Source: Escherichia coli
GTDB taxonomy: Bacteria > Pseudomonadota > Gammaproteobacteria > Enterobacterales > Enterobacteriaceae
DNA: 64,000 nt
Strand: one strand, 5' to 3'
Assembly (NCBI RefSeq): GCF_046105845.1
Contig: NZ_CP151004.1
Part shown: one piece after another, positions 58,486 to 64,000 of the stretch
How positions within the stretch are numbered: the stretch's first letter is position 1
Layout: the number at the start of each line of letters is the position of its first letter
Notes under the pieces: generated by a model
The model's database searches: none
What the model saw: only the letters and a program-made list of their open reading frames with translations
What the model was told of the DNA's origin: nothing
Made by a program: the position numbers and the translations under genes

Positions 58486-59615
58486 ACTAAGTGCTCTTCC
58501 ATCACGGCATCCTGTTTTCTGGATGCCATCGCATGGCGCAACAGCACGCCACCACAAGCCACCATCCCGCCGATCATCGCAGAAAGGATCACAATAATCG
58601 CCTTACCCGGACCATCTTTTTTCACTGGCAATGACGGGCTTAACTGATATTTAAACGGCGTAAAATTCACATCGTTGATATTTGCTTTTGTTAGCTGCTC
58701 AACAAGATACTGACGATTACGTAATTCACCGTTCAGTTCCGCAACGTCAGTGACCGCTTTTTCAATTTCCAGTTTGCGTTCAATACCGTCTGCGCCGAGA
58801 GAAATAGAGAAATCGGGGTCATCTTTAACGGCCTGACCATTACTGTAAACGGGCTTTTTAATTCCTGCCGCGTTGGCAATGTCGAGTGAATAATTGAGGC
58901 GCTGAATGTTTGCATCAAGTTGATTTTTCGTTTTAATGCGATCCTGAGCCAGTTTTTCTTTTTCAAACTGGGTTTTGATCTCCAGTTTATTACGGACGTT
59001 TTCTATCGACTCTTTCACCACCAACGCAGAGATATAATCGATATACCCGCTCAAAACGGTCTGCGCCTCTTCACTGGTTGGCGCGGTAAAACTTAGCGTC
59101 CAGGAGGTATACAGTGACGGTTCATCTTTTTTCTTACTGGCATTGTCATCAACCGCTTTCATTTTTTCGCTCAATGCGACAATTGCGCGATGCAAATCCA
59201 GTTCGTCGATTTTCGCCTCTTTTAATTGGTCCATCACATAAGGTGTTGAGCGCAGGTACTCTTCCAGCAAGCTAACCGACTGAAACTTCTTGATAAACAG
59301 GTTAAATGCTTCTGTACGATCAATTTTGATATCCAGATCCAGCACACGAAGCTTAGTGAATGTTTTCTCAAGCGCCTGCCACTGAACAGGTTCTGGAGGC
59401 GTGACAACCGCCGCGCTGGTCCATTTTTGCGGCAGGATGAAAGAGATCAGTAAACCTGCGCAGGCAAATGCAAAAATGACCGCCATGACCGTTTTTTTGG
59501 CCCGCCATAAAACTGCGATTAGATTAAGTAAATCAATTTCATTATTACTGGGCGACGCCAGAGGATACTCGGGAAAATGAGTGTCACTTCCCTGTTTAAT
59601 ATTCAGTGATGACAT
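58482..59615 (-). CDS. fepE: Polysaccharide co-polymerase family protein FepE (O-antigen very-long-chain length regulator)
   Basis: 377 aa; stop codon overlaps fepC stop on opposite strand. Confidence 0.9.
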   Translation of the reverse strand: MSSLNIKQGSDTHFPEYPLASPSNNEIDLLNLIAVLWRAKKTVMAVIFAFACAGLLISFILPQKWTSAAVVTPPEPVQWQALEKTFTKLRVLDLDIKIDRTEAFNLFIKKFQSVSLLEEYLRSTPYVMDQLKEAKIDELDLHRAIVALSEKMKAVDDNASKKKDEPSLYTSWTLSFTAPTSEEAQTVLSGYIDYISALVVKESIENVRNKLEIKTQFEKEKLAQDRIKTKNQLDANIQRLNYSLDIANAAGIKKPVYSNGQAVKDDPDFSISLGADGIERKLEIEKAVTDVAELNGELRNRQYLVEQLTKANINDVNFTPFKYQLSPSLPVKKDGPGKAIIVILSAMIGGMVACGGVLLRHAMASRKQDAVMEEHLV

Positions 59616-59764
59616 GGGGTATAACCTGAAAATGAGTCCAATAGGGGGAAATCTCCACGGCGCTCACTTTACCAGTTGGTGAGAATTATCCGAAGCTGAA
59701 GTTTGTAAATTCCTTCCACTGAATGCAACATTCACTCTATTTAAGAGCAATATCCACCAAACTT

Positions 59765-59816
59765 ATAAATTAAATAAATGATAAACCCATAATCATTTCC
59801 AGTAATTATGGGTTTA
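59765..59816 (-). terminator. Intrinsic terminator after entF
   Basis: Minus-strand hairpin AAACCCATAAT...ATTATGGGTTT followed by T-rich ATCATTTATTTAATTT. Confidence 0.55.
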
Positions 59817-59830
59817 TGGATAATATTAAT

Positions 59831-62800
59831 TTACCTGTTTAGCGTAGCGCGAATAATCGGCCCAATTTTTTCAAACGCCACCGGAGAGATAATATCCACA
59901 TGCGCACAATCCTGACGATAGATATCCAGCTCAGCAATCCACGGTGCCCAGGCCTGTTCAGGACTCATACCTTCCTGAAGCGTGCGTTCGGCAACAAATA
60001 GCGTCGCTTTACCATCAAACGGTACGCTATGAGCTGTCGTCAGCAGGCGCACAGCATCAGCGTAGTTGCCTTCAATGGTGGTAAACAACTCCGTTGAAGT
60101 ACTTCCCTGCTGTGCCGCCAGGAAGGCTTCGCGCTCGCGGTTAATCTCCGCCAGCACTTCCGGGTCCAGACCATTGGCTTCTTTTTCCTGCCAGTTTTGC
60201 GTTTCTGGCGGCCAGGTATCCAGCAAGCCAAGAAATGCCACCTGTTCGCCACGGGCACGCAGCCGCGCCGCAATACCCTGCGCCAGCGTACCGCCCAGCG
60301 AATAACCCAGCAGGTAATAAGGGCCGTGCGGTTGATGCTCAAGTAACGTTGCCAGATGCGCTTCGCAGACTTCATCCAGATTTGCCGCGGTCTGCATGGG
60401 GCCATTGGGGCGCGGCGACTGAATGCCGATAATCGACCATTGTGGATCGAGATAACGCGAGAGCACGCTGAACTGCCAGGCAAAACCGGACGCAGGATGG
60501 AAACAAAACAGCGTCGGGCCATTACCTTCACGCAACGGCAGAATGGTTTCGAATCCCATGCGCTGGGTGCTGTCTTCTTCACCATCAATAATCGTTGCCA
60601 GTTTGGCGACGGTTGATGCGACCATCACCTGCCCCGGCGTCACCTGACGGGCAAAGTGTCGACTTAACTGCGCTGCCAGTTTCATTGCCAGTAGCGAATG
60701 ACCGCCAAGCGCGAAGAAATCAGCATCGGCATCCTGCACGTCACAACCCAGCAACGACGAGAATGCCGCGGCGATAATCGTTTCACTGCCCGCTTTCGGC
60801 GCACGCCCCGGCGCTTGTGCCTTCAGTTCAGGCAACGGTAAGGCTTTGCGATCCAGCTTGCCGTTGGCGCTAAGCGGCAACTGCGGAAGTTGCAGCAGAA
60901 CCACGGGCACCATATGCGGTGGCAATGTTTCGCGCAACTGCGCCTGCAATGCGCTGGTATCCAACGGCAGGCCCGATTGCGACACCAGATAGCCCACCAA
61001 CTGACGCGCATCGCCTCCCGTTGCGGCAGCCTGGTTAATGACGCAGGCGTGGGTCACGGCTTGTTCGACATCCGGCAGCGCCTGCATCACGCGATCGATT
61101 TCGCCCAGTTCGATACGCTGCCCGCGAATTTTTAGCTGATCGTCACTGCGCCCGAGGTACTCCACCGCGCCGTTATCCAGCCAGCGGGCAACGTCTCCGG
61201 TACGGTACATCCGTTCACCAGGGGCAAAAGGATCGGCAATAAAGCGGCTGGCGGTCAGATCGGGTCGTCCAAGATACCCCTGCGCCAGTTGTATGCCAGT
61301 GAGATAGAGATCTCCCGCCACACCCGGCGGCACCGGATGCATCATCGCATCAAGAATACGCAGGCCCGTATTCCACACCGGATAACCAATCGGCACACTG
61401 CTGCCGCGCACCTGTGCCAGTTCCTCGCCAAAAGCCGGATACCAGCTGACATCTACCGCCGCTTCCGTCGGGCCATATAGATTATGCAACGGCACGCTGG
61501 TTAACTGTTGCCATTCGCGGCATAAATCAGCGGGTAAGGCCTCACCACTACAGAAAACCTGTTTCAACGTCGCGCAATTCTGGCGAGCGGTTTGCGGAGT
61601 CAGCGATGCAACAAAAGCTGCCAGCATCGACGGCACAAAGTGCGTGGTCGTTACGCCATATTCGGCAAAGAATTGCTGCATAGCGAGCGGGTCGCGGTGC
61701 GCTTCCGGTTCAGCCATCACCAGTTTAGCCCCGGCAATAAACGGCCAGAAAAACTCCCACACCGAGACATCAAAACTGCACGGCGTTTTTTGGGCAACGA
61801 CATCTTCGCCTGTAAGCGGGTAGTGGTTTTGCATCCAAAGCAGGCGGTTAACGATAGCCGTCTGCCCGACCATTACCCCTTTCGGCCTGCCGGTAGAGCC
61901 AGAGGTAAAGATGATATAAGCCGTGTGGTGCGGTTGTGAAAGTTTCAGCGGCGCACTGCCCTGCGGTGTAAGCGGGGCGTTATAGCAAAGGCGGGTTAAA
62001 TCTGGAACATCGGCAAAGCGCGGCAGTTGATCGTCGGTGGTGATTAACAGCGACGGACGCGCATCTTCCAGCATCATTTTCAGGCGATCGTCCGGATAGC
62101 CGGTATCCAGCGGTAACCAGGCCGCACCAGCCTCAACAATTGCATGTAGCGCCAGAGTCAAAAAGACCGAGCGCGGTAGCGCCACCGCCACGCTGTCGCC
62201 TGGTTTAACGCCGCGCTCACGCAGCAGATTCGCCAGCGCCACCACCTGCTCGCGCATTTCCCGATAGCTAAACTGGTAACTCGCATCAACCAGCGCCGGA
62301 GCATGCGGTGTTTTTGCCGCCTGTTCCGCCACCAGCGCGCTCAGCGTGGTTTCTGGAATCTCAACCTGAGTGGCGTTGATCTGCGCCAGCTGCACATATT
62401 CACCTGGCAGCATAATATCGACATCGCCGCACAACAGCGCCGGATCCGCGGCGAACTGGGCAATCAGCATTTTCAGGCGTTCAGCGTGTTGAATTAACGT
62501 TGGCTCATCGTAACGCTGTTTATTGGCGAGGATCTCAATACTCAAATCACCGTGTTCATCCGGGAACAGTGCCAGTTCAAGGTCATTAACCGGACCGGTT
62601 GCCAGGGTATGGGTTTGCGCCTGAACACCAGGAATATCCAGTTGGTAATCAAATACCTTGATATTGAGTACCGGACCAAACAGCGGTTCATCACCTGCCG
62701 CTCGCCCGCTGTCACGGACAATTTGTTCGGCATCGTAACGTTGATGACGACGCATTTTTTTCAGTTGTGCTGCCAGTCGGGTTGCCAGTTGCGGCAGCGT

Positions 62801-63712
62801 TTCTTGCGCCTCAATATGAATACCCAACGGCAAAACGTTGAGCACGGGTCCGGTAGCCGTCAGCGCCGCCGAGCCCAGTCGACGCATAAAGATAAATCCG
62901 GCGGCGTAGTCCATGCGATTGCACAATCGCCCCAGCCATAAGGCCACCAGCGCAAGGGCTAAATCGGTACGCTGCACACCTGAAAGTTGCGTAGCCAGCT
63001 GGCGGAATTCCCCGTCAGTAAATTCCAGTTTCAGGCGAAGAATATCTGCCGAAGCGCTGCGCCCCGGTAAAGGTGCCGGAGAAAGTGACGCGGGCGGCGG
63101 CAATTGACGACGCTGTTCCGCCCAGAATGCCGCATCACGCTGCCAGGCTTCGCTTTCGCGGTATTGCTGGTACTCTTCCACTACATCAGCGAAAGGCGTA
63201 AACGGCGAAGCAGGCGTTGGTTCGCCACGCAGCCATGCGCAGTAAATATTGGCGATCTGGCGGGTAATGGCCGGGAAACTGAAGCCATCGACCAGCAAAT
63301 GGTGATAACGCTGATACCAGTACCAGCGGTTATCCGCCACCTGTATCAACTGATGAAAGACCAGTGGTTTACCGCTATCGACGCGCAGATCTTGTTGCAA
63401 ATCCGCCTGCATTAATGCCCGCGCAGTACCGTGCGGATCAATGTTGGTTCGCAGGTCGATAATTTCTGGCAGTTCGAACGTCAGCGCATCATCGACCCAC
63501 TGCCAGACTTCGCCGTTATCTTCCGTAAAACGCATCCGCAGCGTATCTGCTTGCGCTAATCCGGCAACCACCGCGCGGGCCAGTAATGGCGCATCAACCT
63601 CTCCGGTTAACTCAACGTAATGCGCCACGCTCCAGGCGGAGGGTAAATCCGACAGTTTTTCTGCCATCCAGATGCCGGGCTGTGCGGCGACCAAAGGTAA
63701 ATGCTGGCTCAT
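59831..63712 (-). CDS. entF: Enterobactin non-ribosomal peptide synthetase (C-A-PCP-TE, serine-activating)
   Basis: 1293 aa from MSQHLPLVAAQPGIWMAEKL; LGGHSL carrier motif, GYSLGG thioesterase motif; ORF-track start at 63850 rejected. Confidence 0.95.
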   Translation of the reverse strand: MSQHLPLVAAQPGIWMAEKLSDLPSAWSVAHYVELTGEVDAPLLARAVVAGLAQADTLRMRFTEDNGEVWQWVDDALTFELPEIIDLRTNIDPHGTARALMQADLQQDLRVDSGKPLVFHQLIQVADNRWYWYQRYHHLLVDGFSFPAITRQIANIYCAWLRGEPTPASPFTPFADVVEEYQQYRESEAWQRDAAFWAEQRRQLPPPASLSPAPLPGRSASADILRLKLEFTDGEFRQLATQLSGVQRTDLALALVALWLGRLCNRMDYAAGFIFMRRLGSAALTATGPVLNVLPLGIHIEAQETLPQLATRLAAQLKKMRRHQRYDAEQIVRDSGRAAGDEPLFGPVLNIKVFDYQLDIPGVQAQTHTLATGPVNDLELALFPDEHGDLSIEILANKQRYDEPTLIQHAERLKMLIAQFAADPALLCGDVDIMLPGEYVQLAQINATQVEIPETTLSALVAEQAAKTPHAPALVDASYQFSYREMREQVVALANLLRERGVKPGDSVAVALPRSVFLTLALHAIVEAGAAWLPLDTGYPDDRLKMMLEDARPSLLITTDDQLPRFADVPDLTRLCYNAPLTPQGSAPLKLSQPHHTAYIIFTSGSTGRPKGVMVGQTAIVNRLLWMQNHYPLTGEDVVAQKTPCSFDVSVWEFFWPFIAGAKLVMAEPEAHRDPLAMQQFFAEYGVTTTHFVPSMLAAFVASLTPQTARQNCATLKQVFCSGEALPADLCREWQQLTSVPLHNLYGPTEAAVDVSWYPAFGEELAQVRGSSVPIGYPVWNTGLRILDAMMHPVPPGVAGDLYLTGIQLAQGYLGRPDLTASRFIADPFAPGERMYRTGDVARWLDNGAVEYLGRSDDQLKIRGQRIELGEIDRVMQALPDVEQAVTHACVINQAAATGGDARQLVGYLVSQSGLPLDTSALQAQLRETLPPHMVPVVLLQLPQLPLSANGKLDRKALPLPELKAQAPGRAPKAGSETIIAAAFSSLLGCDVQDADADFFALGGHSLLAMKLAAQLSRHFARQVTPGQVMVASTVAKLATIIDGEEDSTQRMGFETILPLREGNGPTLFCFHPASGFAWQFSVLSRYLDPQWSIIGIQSPRPNGPMQTAANLDEVCEAHLATLLEHQPHGPYYLLGYSLGGTLAQGIAARLRARGEQVAFLGLLDTWPPETQNWQEKEANGLDPEVLAEINREREAFLAAQQGSTSTELFTTIEGNYADAVRLLTTAHSVPFDGKATLFVAERTLQEGMSPEQAWAPWIAELDIYRQDCAHVDIISPVAFEKIGPIIRATLNR

Positions 63713-63927
63713 TGCACCTCCTGCAACTGGGTGAAATTCGACGGTGTCAGAGTACGCCAGTGGGCTTCCAGCCACTGCTGGCAGGACGCCTGTGACTGCG
63801 GCTGACACACAACGTCCCAGCCTGCCGGTAAGGCGCATTGTTGCGGCCACAGACTGAATTGCCCCTGCGCATTGCGCAAAATGTAAAACGCTCCCTGCGG
63901 ATCATCGAAGGGATTACTGAATGCCAT
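63709..63927 (-). CDS. ybdZ: MbtH-like protein (NRPS adenylation-domain partner)
   Basis: 72 aa MAFSNPFDDPQGAFYILRNAQGQFSLWP...; ATGA overlap with entF start. Confidence 0.9.
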   Translation of the reverse strand: MAFSNPFDDPQGAFYILRNAQGQFSLWPQQCALPAGWDVVCQPQSQASCQQWLEAHWRTLTPSNFTQLQEVQ

Positions 63928-63929
63928 AT

Positions 63930-64000
63930 TCAACTCCTGTCATGGAAAAGTGGTTGCCAGAGGTCGATTAGCCCCTGCATCAAGCCACCGCGCCAACAAA
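63930..64000 (-). CDS. fes: Enterobactin esterase Fes, C-terminal end only (rest outside window)
   Basis: Minus-strand frame ends ...GGLMQGLIDLWQPLFHDRS-stop at 63932-63930, immediately before the ybdZ start. Confidence 0.7.
   Translation of the reverse strand, partial: CWRGGLMQGLIDLWQPLFHDRS

Overview
This 64 kb window reads as a contiguous stretch of Escherichia coli-type enterobacterial chromosome, running from the 3' end of gltI to the 3' end of fes. It is almost entirely core genome of well-known function, with no rRNA, tRNA, CRISPR array, IS element, transposase, integrase or prophage gene visible. I did not find a clearly new multi-gene system and do not want to overstate one. Gene order (window orientation): gltI(partial)-gltJKL, rihA, ybeL, leuS-lptE-holA-nadD-cobC, rsfS-rlmH-mrdA-mrdB-rlpA, dacA, ybeD-lipB, ybeF, lipA, tatE, ybeM, crcB, cspE, pagP, dcuC, dpiA-dpiB, citCDEFXG-citT, rna, rnk, uspG, ahpF-ahpC, dsbG, ybdO-ybdN-ybdM, ybdL, ybdH, ybdD-cstA, entH-entA-entB-entE-entC, fepB, entS, fepDGC, fepE, entF-ybdZ-fes(partial). 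Assignments rest on reading the supplied six-frame translations against protein sequences recalled from memory; no database search was run. The most interesting part is the AT-rich ybdO-ybdN-ybdM module: a LysR regulator, a PP-loop (SGGKDS) PAPS-reductase-like protein and a ParB-like nuclease-domain protein, of unknown function. Two junctions appear to differ from the K-12 MG1655 layout as I recall it: rihA/ybeL (no ybeQ-hscC block) and rnk/uspG (no ybdR, with an unannotated 29-aa hydrophobic ORF in the gap). Other observations are a GC-rich repeat between ybdD and cstA, a long inverted repeat after rlpA, and the likely SroC locus between gltI and gltJ. All comparative statements need confirmation by alignment.
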